Below the pieces are notes generated by a model, which saw nothing but the letters and a program-made list of their open reading frames with translations, did no database searches and was not told the origin of the DNA. This document shows positions 44,370-54,182 of a DNA stretch of 64,000 bases, piece by piece. A program made the position numbers and the translations under genes. The stretch is from a virus (Duplodnaviria; Caudoviricetes), in IMG/VR virus record IMGVR_UViG_3300037422_000298. One strand, written 5' to 3'. The number at the start of each line of letters is the position of its first letter. The stretch's first letter is position 1.

Positions 44370-46499
44370 ATGACGCTGTCGTTCGAGAAGACCAAGCAGG
44401 CCTTGAGTGCCTGCATCACCGCCAAGATCACCCCACTGCTCGTCGGACCGCCCGGCGTGGGAAAATGTCTGGGAGCAGGCACACCCGTCTTGCTCGCCGA
44501 TGGCCGTACCTTACCCGTCGAACAAATTCTCGTTGGCGACCGACTCATGGGACCAGATGGGCGTACCCGAACTGTCCTGTCGACCACAACTGGGCGTGCG
44601 CCACTCTACCGCATCGAACCCATCAAGGGCGAAGCCTGGGTCTGTAACGACGTGCATGTGCTGACGCTCGTCAACACGGACAGCGACGAAGTCATCGACA
44701 TTCCACTCGACAAGTGGCACGCAGCCTCGCAATGGTTCCGTGATCGCCACAAGCAGTTCAGCGTCGGCATCGAAAATTTCGATAACGTGTACGATCGTGC
44801 GGGCGCTCAGCCGATCGATCCGTACTTCTTGGGAGCGTGGTTCGGTGACGGTTCCAAGTCGCTTCAGAATCAAGCGCGTGCAGGTGCGGTTCTGTCGAAG
44901 GTGGCGTTATCCAAGCCTGACCCCGAGATTCGTGCGCTCTGTGAAGAACAGGCACGTAAGTGGGAACTGCACGTGCATACGTACGAGAGCGAAAACAAGT
45001 GCCCAACGCACGCGCTCGTATCGGATGAATGGTGCGGTCAATGGCGAGTCAACCGGTTGCTGCAAACGCTGCGTGATCTCATCGGTCCCGAGATCAAGAT
45101 CCCTGACGCCTACCTTCTCGGTCCGCGAGACGTTCGTCTGCAGTTCTTGGCTGGGCTGTTGGACACGGATGGCGAGCTTTCCAACAACTGTTTTGTGATC
45201 TCGCAGAAGCGCGAAGACTGGGCACGTGCCGCCTGGCGGCTTGCACGTTCACTTGGGTTCTGCGCCACGATCACGACACGTACGGCGCGTGATCAGAACG
45301 GGTTCGAAGGTACGTACCATGTCGTCTCGATCAGTGGCGACACGGATCGAATCCCGACACGCATCCCGCGGAAGCAGGCGCAGCCGCGTCAGCAAAAGAA
45401 GATCGCGACGCGTACGGGGTTTGTCGTGACAGAACTCGGCGAAGGTGACTATTACGGCTTCACTCTCGACGGCGACGGACGATTCCTACTCGGCGACTTC
45501 ACGGTCACGCACAACACGTCTATCGTTCGCGCTGTCGCCGCCGAGGTCGACCTGCCGTGTCACGAGCTGCTCGCATCGAACTGCGACGCCGTCGACATCG
45601 CCGGGCTGCCGTACGTACACGACGGCATCCTGAAGCGAGCGCTGCTCAAGCAGATCAAGGCCTGCGTCGACGCCCCCGGTATCCTATTCCTCGACGAGTT
45701 GACGGCTGTTCCGCCGAGCGTTCAGGCGCCGCTGATGCGCCTCCTGCTCGAACACGTGGCAGGCGAGACGCACCTGCACCCCGACAGCTGCGTCATCGGC
45801 GCGGCCAACCGCCCCGAAGAGTGCCCCGGCGGTATCGAGCTGTCGGCCGCGTCCATCAACCGCGTCATCAAGATGGTCGACTTCCTGCCGACCCTCGACG
45901 AGATCCGTGGCTACTTCGACGGCGTCGGCGATGTCGGTACGCGCCTCCACGAAGAGTTCATCGACTTCTCGGCGACGCTCGCAGTCAACGGCGACCTGCT
46001 CGACATGACGCCGCCGCGTCCCGCGCTCGACGCGGGTGCGCCGTTCGCGAGCCCCCGTGCGTGGGAGCGCGGTCTGCGCGCCTATGCCGCGTACTGCGAT
46101 GCCGCCAAAGTCGGCTACAACGTCGGCAAGGAAGAGGACGACATCGGCTACGCGCTGCTCTCGGGCGCCGTCGGCGAGCACAAGGCGGTCGCGTTCCTCG
46201 GGATCCGCAAGATGCGCAAGCACCTGCCGAGCGTCGACGAGATTCTGCACGACCCGGTCAAGGCCAAGGTGCCCGAGCAGAAGGACCGCCAGATCGCAGC
46301 CGTCGGACTTCTCGCGCGCGTCGCCGACAAGGATCTGTGGGCGTCGTGGATCTACACCGAGCGCCTACTCCCCGAGATCAGCGCCGCGTGTGCACGCGTT
46401 CTGATGACGCGTCAACCGCAAGGCACCTCGAAGTGGTTCCAGGCGGGCAAGAAGGCCCAAATCGACGGACTCGCGAAGGTCCGCCGCGCGATGCAGTAA
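44370..46499 (+). CDS. MoxR-like AAA+ ATPase containing an intein in Walker A
   Basis: GPPGVGK|T after splicing, ILFLDEL, GAANRPE, SPRAWE. Confidence 0.88.
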   Translation: MTLSFEKTKQALSACITAKITPLLVGPPGVGKCLGAGTPVLLADGRTLPVEQILVGDRLMGPDGRTRTVLSTTTGRAPLYRIEPIKGEAWVCNDVHVLTLVNTDSDEVIDIPLDKWHAASQWFRDRHKQFSVGIENFDNVYDRAGAQPIDPYFLGAWFGDGSKSLQNQARAGAVLSKVALSKPDPEIRALCEEQARKWELHVHTYESENKCPTHALVSDEWCGQWRVNRLLQTLRDLIGPEIKIPDAYLLGPRDVRLQFLAGLLDTDGELSNNCFVISQKREDWARAAWRLARSLGFCATITTRTARDQNGFEGTYHVVSISGDTDRIPTRIPRKQAQPRQQKKIATRTGFVVTELGEGDYYGFTLDGDGRFLLGDFTVTHNTSIVRAVAAEVDLPCHELLASNCDAVDIAGLPYVHDGILKRALLKQIKACVDAPGILFLDELTAVPPSVQAPLMRLLLEHVAGETHLHPDSCVIGAANRPEECPGGIELSAASINRVIKMVDFLPTLDEIRGYFDGVGDVGTRLHEEFIDFSATLAVNGDLLDMTPPRPALDAGAPFASPRAWERGLRAYAAYCDAAKVGYNVGKEEDDIGYALLSGAVGEHKAVAFLGIRKMRKHLPSVDEILHDPVKAKVPEQKDRQIAAVGLLARVADKDLWASWIYTERLLPEISAACARVLMTRQPQGTSKWFQAGKKAQIDGLAKVRRAMQ
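44466..45515 (+). mobile_element. intein with LAGLIDADG homing endonuclease (350 aa)
   Basis: CLGAGTPVLLADG...YFLGAWFGDG, FLAGLLDTDG...YYGFTLDGDGRFLLGDFTVTHN followed by Thr. Confidence 0.93.
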
Positions 46500-46515
46500 C
46501 CTGGGAGCGAAGGTC

Positions 46516-47841
46516 ATGGCGAGCCGCAAGAGCCCACACCAAGTCGACACGTCGAACGGCAAGTCTCGCCTCGGCGGACCTGTCGATCCCGAAGTCGCCG
46601 CAGCGTTGATCCGACGCTGCAAGGCGCAAGCGATGTCGCTCGGTTGGAAGTTTCCGTTCTTCCTGCCGTCGATTGCTCGCATCGAGTTCCGCGTCGACAC
46701 GCGACGTCCGACGGCGTGTGTGGACCTTCGCGGGCGCATCTACATCAACCCGGATTTCGCCGCGACGCTGAAAGACAGCGAGCTGCAGTTCGTGATCGCA
46801 CACGAGCTGATGCACCTGCTGATGCTCCACCACGATCGCCGCGGGCACCGTGATCCGTTGCGATGGAACATCGCGACCGACCTGATCATCAACCGTACGC
46901 TCAAGAACGTCTCGGACGCGGCGGGTGCGGGCGCGTTCACGATGCCCAAGAACGAGAAGGGCGACGTCGGTATCATCGCTGACGAGAATCAGGCCGAGAT
47001 GACGGCCGAGCAGCTCTACAGCGAGATCTCCGAGCCGCCGCAGTGGCTCAAAGATCTCTTCAGCCAGGGTGCGGTTCCCGTCGGCCACGGCTGCGGTCCC
47101 GAGCAGGACGGCGGCAATGGTGATGACGCGGACAAGGACGACAAAGACGGCGACGGCGCCGGTAAGACCGAAGATCAGCTGCGCCGTGAATGGCGCGAGT
47201 GTGCTGCGCAGTCGCAGATGGCGGGCCGCCAAGCTGGGACACAAGAAGGCAACATGCTGGCCGACCTGCTCGACATCCCGCCACCGAAGGTACGGTGGTC
47301 GGAGGTGCTCCGTGGTGCGCTCTATCGCGCCATCGCAGAAGCGGGCCGCGACGACGTCGCTTGGACTCGACGTTCGCGGCGCAGTACGCCCGAGATCATC
47401 CTGCCCGGCGGTATCACGTACCGCTGCAAGGCGGCCGTCGTGATCGACACGTCGGGCTCGATGTCCGACGAGGATCTGAGTCGCTGCGTCGCCGAGACGA
47501 CGGCCATCGTCAATAACGCCCGCGTGCCGGTGTTCCTTGTCGCACACGACCATGCCGTGCAGGAAGCCTGTTGGATTCGCCCCGGCGCGAAGTCGCAGGT
47601 TCACTCGAACATCAAGAAGCGGATGAAGGGTCGCGGCGGGACGAGCTTCGACGCGGCCTACGAGCGCGTCGAGGAGGAGCCGGGCAAGTTCAACGTGCTC
47701 GTCCATCTGACCGACGGCGAAATCTACAGCGACTGGCCCGATCGCCCGGCGTCGGTGCGGCGCTTGGTCGTCGCGCTCGTCGGGTCGGCCAACAAGACTG
47801 ACGTACCGGCTGATGCGCGTTGCATCGAAGTCGAGATTTGA
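46516..47841 (+). CDS. DUF2201-type metallopeptidase-like plus vWA domain protein
   Basis: AHELMH (HExxH), WNIATDLIIN, IDTSGSMS MIDAS, GRGGTSF, LTDG. Confidence 0.88.
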   Translation: MASRKSPHQVDTSNGKSRLGGPVDPEVAAALIRRCKAQAMSLGWKFPFFLPSIARIEFRVDTRRPTACVDLRGRIYINPDFAATLKDSELQFVIAHELMHLLMLHHDRRGHRDPLRWNIATDLIINRTLKNVSDAAGAGAFTMPKNEKGDVGIIADENQAEMTAEQLYSEISEPPQWLKDLFSQGAVPVGHGCGPEQDGGNGDDADKDDKDGDGAGKTEDQLRREWRECAAQSQMAGRQAGTQEGNMLADLLDIPPPKVRWSEVLRGALYRAIAEAGRDDVAWTRRSRRSTPEIILPGGITYRCKAAVVIDTSGSMSDEDLSRCVAETTAIVNNARVPVFLVAHDHAVQEACWIRPGAKSQVHSNIKKRMKGRGGTSFDAAYERVEEEPGKFNVLVHLTDGEIYSDWPDRPASVRRLVVALVGSANKTDVPADARCIEVEI

Positions 47842-47881
47842 GCTGGCGCGCTATCGCGTCGATACTTACTAGGGGACAATC

Positions 47882-48700
47882 ATGAGCAAGAGCAAGAGCA
47901 AGGGTTCGAGCGAGCGAGTCTTTCACTTTCAGCCGGGTTGGATGATCGTCGACTGTTCCAGCGCGAGCGGCGGGATTCGATACGACCGCGAGCTGCTGAA
48001 GGAGAAGACGATCAACAAGGGCAACGGGCTGCAGGCCGACCACAAGACCCGCAAGACCGTCGACAACGTCGAGTTCTGCGCGGCGATCGACGCTGTCGTG
48101 AAGAAGATCGACTACGTGTTGCGCAAGCACTGTGCGCGCACGGACATGGGTTGGTTTGCCAACGATGCGGCGCTGCACAAGGTCAAGGCCGAGGTCGCCG
48201 AGATCGAATGCGAAGCTGCCGAGCTGAATACCTCGGCGGCTAAGAAGGCGCGGAGTGCGCGTCGGGCGAAGATCCGCGTGGTGCCGCTCAAGCTCGACCT
48301 CGCGAAGCCCGAAGCCGTGCAGGAGATCGCGCACACGATCCGGAGCGTGCTCTCCGAATTGCGCGATGCGCTCAAGACAGGCAACCTCGCTGACCTGCAC
48401 AAGCTCCGCATTCGCTCGAAGAACCTCGAACAGCTCGCCGTCGGCTTCCAGCAGGACGCGATTCGCTTCGCGCTGGAGCGCGTACCGCTCGCGGCGAACG
48501 AGATCCGCGAAGCGGTCAAGAACGCCAAGCGCGCCGCGCAGAACGACGGCGCGAAGAAGGAAGAAATCGAGGCAGTCATCGAGGCTGCTGCGAAGCGCGC
48601 GGGCGGCAAGGTCGACGTCGAGGCGATCGAAGCAGCGATTGCGCACTTCGAGGACTCGCCGCTTGCGGGTACGACGATCGCCGACGACGAAGCGGCGTAG
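47882..48700 (+). CDS. hypothetical helical protein, third gene of the MoxR/vWA operon
   Basis: AGGGG SD; 272 aa. Confidence 0.75.
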   Translation: MSKSKSKGSSERVFHFQPGWMIVDCSSASGGIRYDRELLKEKTINKGNGLQADHKTRKTVDNVEFCAAIDAVVKKIDYVLRKHCARTDMGWFANDAALHKVKAEVAEIECEAAELNTSAAKKARSARRAKIRVVPLKLDLAKPEAVQEIAHTIRSVLSELRDALKTGNLADLHKLRIRSKNLEQLAVGFQQDAIRFALERVPLAANEIREAVKNAKRAAQNDGAKKEEIEAVIEAAAKRAGGKVDVEAIEAAIAHFEDSPLAGTTIADDEAA

Positions 48701-48702
48701 GC

Positions 48703-48870
48703 GTGTCGCAGACTGCCAAGATCAAGCGGCTGGAGGCTACGATCAGACGGCTGCGCAAGCGGCTTCTCGACGAACGGCGGGCAAACGCGCCACTAGACGG
48801 TCCAGGTGGGACCGACGATTGGCGCATTCACTTCGAGTACGAACAGGAAACCAAGCGGCTGTTGAGATGA
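48703..48870 (+). CDS. small hypothetical protein
   Basis: fills the gap, ATGA overlap downstream. Confidence 0.45.
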   Translation: MSQTAKIKRLEATIRRLRKRLLDERRANAPLDGPGGTDDWRIHFEYEQETKRLLR

Positions 48871-49196
48871 GCGACGACGAGAAGCCCGACAACCAGTGGC
48901 TCGCGGACGCCATCAACCAAGCGAAGCAGAGTGCTCTGCCGTTGCTTCTCCAGTCGTTCGTCGAAGAAGAAGGCGCCGATGTCGACGCGATGTGTGACGC
49001 CGTCGAACTGGCGCTGCTCTCGATCACAGGCGACGTGACGGAAGAGAAGCTCCGTAACGCGCTGCGGTCCGTTGCCGAGCCCTACGCCGAGTCAATCGGC
49101 GCGAAGTGGGAGAACGTCGCGGACGCGATCCTGGGAACGCTCGAATGGTTGCCGCCGGACAAGTCGACGCACATTCTGGACAGCTGGGGACGCTGA
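48867..49196 (+). CDS. hypothetical acidic protein
   Basis: operon packing. Confidence 0.6.
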   Translation: MSDDEKPDNQWLADAINQAKQSALPLLLQSFVEEEGADVDAMCDAVELALLSITGDVTEEKLRNALRSVAEPYAESIGAKWENVADAILGTLEWLPPDKSTHILDSWGR

Positions 49197-49197
49197 T

Positions 49198-49866
49198 ATG
49201 ACACACGAAGCGCTTTTCGCGATCCTCGACAACATCAAGATCCTCGACCGTCGTTTCATCGCGACGCCGACGAGCCACGGCTGGCACCTGCAGGTCACGT
49301 ACAACGAAACCGACATCGACACCGGCAAGCTCGAACAACAGTGCTCGCGCAAGTGGTTCATCTCCGACGAAGCGACCGAATCCGATGTCGTCGACACGGC
49401 GTTTGCTGCGGTGATGCGCAGCTACGATCACGTCGTGCAGGAGCACTTTACGTACAAGGGCAAGCGCGTGTTCTCGCCGCACTTCACGATTGGTCAGCGG
49501 CTCGCGATGGCGACGTCGTGCCCGGTCTGCGAAGGGCCGCATGACGATGTCAAGCATCGCGAAGTGCGCAAGCTCGAAGTGATGACGCTGGAACAACGTG
49601 AGCAGAAACAAGCCGAGAATGCCGTTGCAGGTTTCGAGCACTGGCTGCATCAGGACATGTTCACGCAGGCGGACGAGTTGCTGATGCTCTATAAGAACAA
49701 GATCGAGAACTGGCCTCCGGTCGTACTTCTCGGAATCTTGTCGATCACGTTTCCCGCCAAGGATCGGCTCAAGAACCATGACGATTTCCTGCGGCGTGCC
49801 GAGGCGAAGCTGCGCGCTGATCTCGGCGACGTCCGCGCGAACGATCTCTTGCGGCATCGACGATGA
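49198..49866 (+). CDS. hypothetical protein
   Basis: GGGGA SD; SRKWFIS...EHFTYKGKRVFSPH. Confidence 0.7.
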   Translation: MTHEALFAILDNIKILDRRFIATPTSHGWHLQVTYNETDIDTGKLEQQCSRKWFISDEATESDVVDTAFAAVMRSYDHVVQEHFTYKGKRVFSPHFTIGQRLAMATSCPVCEGPHDDVKHREVRKLEVMTLEQREQKQAENAVAGFEHWLHQDMFTQADELLMLYKNKIENWPPVVLLGILSITFPAKDRLKNHDDFLRRAEAKLRADLGDVRANDLLRHRR

Positions 49867-50081
49867 AAGAACGGGCGCTGTCTCGAACGCAGCTTCGCAT
49901 GCTGCGTCTCGTCCGCGACGGCGAACCATACGACCTCTTCGCCTATGGCATGTCCGAACGTGCAGGCATCAAAACGACCATGGACTCGCTCGTGCGTCGG
50001 GAGTTGCTCACGTGGCACGATGACGACCTCGTGATCACGGCGTTCGGGCGCGAAACACTTCGAAAGCTCGACGAGGACTGA
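49863..50081 (+). CDS. small winged-helix-like protein
   Basis: LSRTQLRML...MDSLVRRELL...ITAFGR. Confidence 0.6.
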   Translation: MKERALSRTQLRMLRLVRDGEPYDLFAYGMSERAGIKTTMDSLVRRELLTWHDDDLVITAFGRETLRKLDED

Positions 50082-50109
50082 CGAGATCACTCGCCTTGCT
50101 ACGTTACTC

Positions 50110-50138
50110 TTGACTTGCTAGGCTCGAATGCAGTAACT
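50110..50138 (+). promoter_or_regulatory. sigma70-like promoter
   Basis: CTCTTGACT-17-GTAACT. Confidence 0.45.
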
Positions 50139-50150
50139 GAGGGTGCATCC

Positions 50151-50417
50151 ATGCCGTTCTCGCGCCTCTACACAACCGAAGCTGACGGTCCCGAGATCAT
50201 CACGGACTCGTGTATGCCGCCGTTCGGTGTCGCTGAAGTGCTTCTTGGCACCCAGCCAGATCTGTTTCAGTTCTGGCTGTTAACGCATCGTCAAGACATC
50301 GCACTCGTGACCGGTCCCATGTTCTGGCGTACGGCTGTGTTGCGCGAGTGTCTGCCCCGCGAAATCGACGTCGCGGCCGGGTTACAGTTTACGGCACTCG
50401 CGGAGCCGCTCAGATGA
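50151..50417 (+). CDS. hypothetical protein
   Basis: GAGG SD. Confidence 0.55.
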   Translation: MPFSRLYTTEADGPEIITDSCMPPFGVAEVLLGTQPDLFQFWLLTHRQDIALVTGPMFWRTAVLRECLPREIDVAAGLQFTALAEPLR

Positions 50418-50725
50418 CACTGCGCAGACGCAAGAAGGTCGCGAACGTGCTCCGACGGCTCGTCAAGGCCGAGGCGCCCAACGCGTCGTGGAGCCGCGTC
50501 TGGCTGACGAGCGGGCTACGGCAGCTCGTCGCACAAGCGGATCGCATGAAGCTAACGCCCGAGGACGTCCTGACGCCCACAGGCCGCGACGCGTTCATCG
50601 CGATCGCGCGCGCGATCGTGTTCAACAAGACGGCGCTCCCAACAGTCGGCGCCGAGTGGCAACTCGTGCTTGCCCTCGCCACGCCCGACTTCTCGATCGA
50701 AGAACGAGAACTGTTTGCGTCATGA
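50414..50725 (+). CDS. hypothetical protein
   Basis: ATGA overlaps. Confidence 0.6.
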   Translation: MTLRRRKKVANVLRRLVKAEAPNASWSRVWLTSGLRQLVAQADRMKLTPEDVLTPTGRDAFIAIARAIVFNKTALPTVGAEWQLVLALATPDFSIEERELFAS

Positions 50726-51678
50726 CGCTCGAACGCACAAATCGCCTGAGCCGTAGCGGCAGCCCGTTGTGGCGAATGGAGATGGCCGAACGCGAATTCC
50801 GCGGCTACGGCGCAACCAAGCGCTTTCTGATCTTGGCGCCGTACAGCTGTCCGAATCCCGACCGTGGCGGCGAGCTTCATACCTGGTTTGAAGAAGAGCG
50901 CGGACGCTACCACTGGGTTTCCAATTCGATGACTTCACGCAAGCCGAGAGGCGCACCTACATTCTCGGTCGACTTGATCGAGATCGAAAAGTCGCAACGA
51001 ACTGCGCGCCCCAAACACGCGTTGGAGTACACGATCCTCAAGGCGCTCATGTGCGGTGATCTTCACGGCGAGTCCGCCAACGGTGTGATGCACACGCTGT
51101 TCTGGATGCACTTCGTCGAGGATGACGACGGACTGACGTATCTCCACAAGTACGCGCCACGCGAGTCCGCCAATTTTTATGCTCGCCAGCGGCTGCGCGA
51201 CTTCACCGAATTCGTCGATCGCACTTCAAATCGATCAGGCGCCTGGGATGCTCGACACAGGGTCGAAGACGCGATGAAACCCGTCGGTGGCCGCCCACGA
51301 AACTACGACCACGAACTGGGCGAACGATTCAGCCGACGATTCCTCACCGATCGTAATCTCTGCGACGCGATCGCGGCTGTGATGACGGCAGATTTCCCAC
51401 AGGAGGAACAGCTTCGGCAGGTTCGTCAAATCGTCGAGCTGAACGCGACACGAATGGATCACGTCATTGCCGCTGTCGTGCACGCCACCTGGGAGGACAG
51501 TGCGTTGCTCGGCCTGCGTGCGTGTCAACGCCTCGAAGCCGAACCGAAGTCCGACTTCTTCAAAGCCGTCGACGCGTACGTCCTCGCCCACGCCGACACA
51601 CAAGGGTTGAAGACGTTCCTCAAACCGCATTTCAAGTTGCCCAAGCTCAAGGTGCTCAACGATGTCCGAGAACCGTGA
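50722..51678 (+). CDS. hypothetical protein
   Basis: ATGA overlap, 318 aa. Confidence 0.7.
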   Translation: MTLERTNRLSRSGSPLWRMEMAEREFRGYGATKRFLILAPYSCPNPDRGGELHTWFEEERGRYHWVSNSMTSRKPRGAPTFSVDLIEIEKSQRTARPKHALEYTILKALMCGDLHGESANGVMHTLFWMHFVEDDDGLTYLHKYAPRESANFYARQRLRDFTEFVDRTSNRSGAWDARHRVEDAMKPVGGRPRNYDHELGERFSRRFLTDRNLCDAIAAVMTADFPQEEQLRQVRQIVELNATRMDHVIAAVVHATWEDSALLGLRACQRLEAEPKSDFFKAVDAYVLAHADTQGLKTFLKPHFKLPKLKVLNDVREP

Positions 51679-52504
51679 ATATCCGCCGTGCGTGCAGAAG
51701 TTGATCGACTCAGCGCGCGCACAAGGCGCTGAGCTAGTCGACGTCGCGTACGACTCAGAAGGCGGCATCGCGAACTGCGGTTACGCAAGCGTGTCGGTCC
51801 GTAAGGACGGGCGTGTGTTCTCGAACAGCGGCTCGTTGATGCGCATCGGCGGTAAAATCGAATTCGCGGCGTTGATGTCGTCGTCGGTGACGGAGGAGGA
51901 GTGGCGTAAACGACACGGCGACTTCCAGATGTCCGTCGACAAGCCGTTCGAGATCCCTCGCACGGTCCGCGAGATGATCGAGCAGAAACGCGCCGCGGGT
52001 CACGACGGTGTCTTCAACGATCCAGAAGCCGTTGCCGCGATCGAGGCAGTCAAAGACGCGCCGATCAGCCTCGCAGCAGCGGCCAAAGCCCGTGACCTCG
52101 TCGAGCTGCCGACCAAGATCAATCACCACACACGCACGCCGAATCAACCAACCGAAGCAACCATCGTCGAGGGCGAGTACTGCAACGCGAACAACGATCT
52201 GGGCGCGCCCGTACCGTACAGCATCAAGCTCACGTGCAAAGCACCAGGCACCGTCGAGTTCACGCTCACGATCGACAATCACGTTCACGGGCGGTTGCCG
52301 TTCGACAATCTCGTGAAGGCCGCGACGCGCGTCGACCCAGATCACGCCATCGGTCCTGAGAGACAGATCCGCGGGCTGCGCCAAGAGGTCGCCGACGCGA
52401 ACGCTCGAATGTACGAGTGGCAGAGCCGCGCGATCCTCGCCGAGGAGCGCGTCGCAGTCCTCGAAGGTCAGCTCAAAGCGTTTCAAGAGGCATCGAAGGC
52501 TTGA
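51662..52504 (+). CDS. hypothetical protein with C-terminal coiled coil
   Basis: long ORF in operon. Confidence 0.7.
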   Translation: MSENREYPPCVQKLIDSARAQGAELVDVAYDSEGGIANCGYASVSVRKDGRVFSNSGSLMRIGGKIEFAALMSSSVTEEEWRKRHGDFQMSVDKPFEIPRTVREMIEQKRAAGHDGVFNDPEAVAAIEAVKDAPISLAAAAKARDLVELPTKINHHTRTPNQPTEATIVEGEYCNANNDLGAPVPYSIKLTCKAPGTVEFTLTIDNHVHGRLPFDNLVKAATRVDPDHAIGPERQIRGLRQEVADANARMYEWQSRAILAEERVAVLEGQLKAFQEASKA

Positions 52505-52507
52505 ACG

Positions 52508-53158
52508 ATGGCGCGCACGGACACCACACCGTTCCGCGACCCGCGGAACGCCGTCGGACTCCTGACCGACGTGCTCGATCTGGCCCTCACGGGCCCGACA
52601 CTCACTGGCGGTCTGTTCACGGTTCCGCGTGAGGTGAAACAGAAACCGCCCGCGCTGTACAAGTTCGATCCCGACGAGGCTATTTCGCCCGTCATCGCTT
52701 CACGCGACCTCGGACGCGAATTCGCGAAGGCACCGCGGCGCGTGTTCAATGGCTACCGTCGAAAAGGCACCGCTGACCTCTATCAGCGTGTGAAGGCCGC
52801 GTACGAAGAACTGCCCAGTGACATGTGGCTCTACGGAGACTCGAAACGCGAGTTACACACGACATTGCGCTCACTCGCCGAGCGCGGACTCAAGATCGTC
52901 ATCGCGTCGATGGAGGATGTCGCACATTGGCAACGGTTTCCGTCCGAAGAAGGACATGGGTGGCATCGCTGGTGGCACGACCACGTCAGTAGCGCGCTCC
53001 GTCTCGGCGTTTGTCAGAACGACATCGCGAACGCCGAGTGTGGATGGCGTTTCCGCGATCTGACCGAACGCAGTCATCGCGGTCGGAACATGCGCGCCGC
53101 CTTCGAAGCTGCGTGGCTCGCAGGCCAATACAAATTCGCGCGGAGCCTCGTCGAATGA
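52508..53158 (+). CDS. hypothetical protein
   Basis: operon packing. Confidence 0.7.
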   Translation: MARTDTTPFRDPRNAVGLLTDVLDLALTGPTLTGGLFTVPREVKQKPPALYKFDPDEAISPVIASRDLGREFAKAPRRVFNGYRRKGTADLYQRVKAAYEELPSDMWLYGDSKRELHTTLRSLAERGLKIVIASMEDVAHWQRFPSEEGHGWHRWWHDHVSSALRLGVCQNDIANAECGWRFRDLTERSHRGRNMRAAFEAAWLAGQYKFARSLVE

Positions 53159-54180
53159 CGATCGCAAACCTCTCGCTCGCTGGTACGCCGCTCGAAAACA
53201 CGCCGTTCGAAGAACGGCTGCATCGGCTTCAACGACATCGCGACCACGCGCTCCGTGGGTACGAAAGGAAAGGCATGACACCGCAACTCGCAGAAGCGCT
53301 CCGTTCCGAGATTCGCACGGCCCTCGAAGCCGACGGCAAACCGTTCGACGGCAACGTCGCGCGACGCGTTTACGACCTCGCGATCGCGGCACGCGACATG
53401 TGCGTGGCAGCGACCAGCGGCGTCAAGGAAGCGATCGCGACGATCAAGGACGTCGGCGGCCCGATCGAGTCGCTCGATTCGGAGGACACGCCCGAATCGC
53501 AGGTGCAAGCATCCGAGTCGTTCGGTGCACGTCTCTTGCGCGAGCTGATGGCGACGCTGCCAATGATGCAACAGCGGCGTGACGGCGACGACCCGAAGCA
53601 GCTCGTGCATGCGCTCGCGGAAGCACGCCGTACGGGCATGCACGATGTCGCTGAGGAGCTGGAGAAGAAGTTGTTCGGCCGCGTGATCTTGGGTTCGCGT
53701 CCCGTCGGTACCGGAATCGAAGTCCCCGAGGGTAGCTTCGAGCACGGCTTTGCTGACGGGCGCGCCAACTCGCCGCCCTTCACGAAAGACGGCGACTACC
53801 ACGCGGGGTATCTCAAAGGCCTCGAATCGCGTTACTTGACGCCTGTCGAAGCAACGTTCGACCACAGCAAGCGAACCGTGAAGCACTTCGATCGCGACGC
53901 GGGATTCTGCGTCTGTCGTGACTGCATGAAGTTGCCGGAGCACGAGCCCATCACGGTTCAGTCACTGACGTCCAGCACCGACAGTGGGCATGCGTCGAAC
54001 TGCCTCGCACGTTCGTTCGGTGAGGATCGCGAGTGCAACTGTCACCGTTCGAAGCGGCTCGTCCCGCGTTATGACGATGATGGCAACGTGCCACGTTACG
54101 ACGACACCGAACTTCGCGGTCGGCCAAGCAACCGCGTGCCGATGGATCCGATCGAACGCGAAGAGCTGGAGGGCAAGTAG
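53155..54180 (+). CDS. hypothetical protein
   Basis: ATGA overlap; Cys/His clusters near the C-terminus. Confidence 0.7.
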   Translation: MTIANLSLAGTPLENTPFEERLHRLQRHRDHALRGYERKGMTPQLAEALRSEIRTALEADGKPFDGNVARRVYDLAIAARDMCVAATSGVKEAIATIKDVGGPIESLDSEDTPESQVQASESFGARLLRELMATLPMMQQRRDGDDPKQLVHALAEARRTGMHDVAEELEKKLFGRVILGSRPVGTGIEVPEGSFEHGFADGRANSPPFTKDGDYHAGYLKGLESRYLTPVEATFDHSKRTVKHFDRDAGFCVCRDCMKLPEHEPITVQSLTSSTDSGHASNCLARSFGEDRECNCHRSKRLVPRYDDDGNVPRYDDTELRGRPSNRVPMDPIEREELEGK

Positions 54181-54182
54181 CT

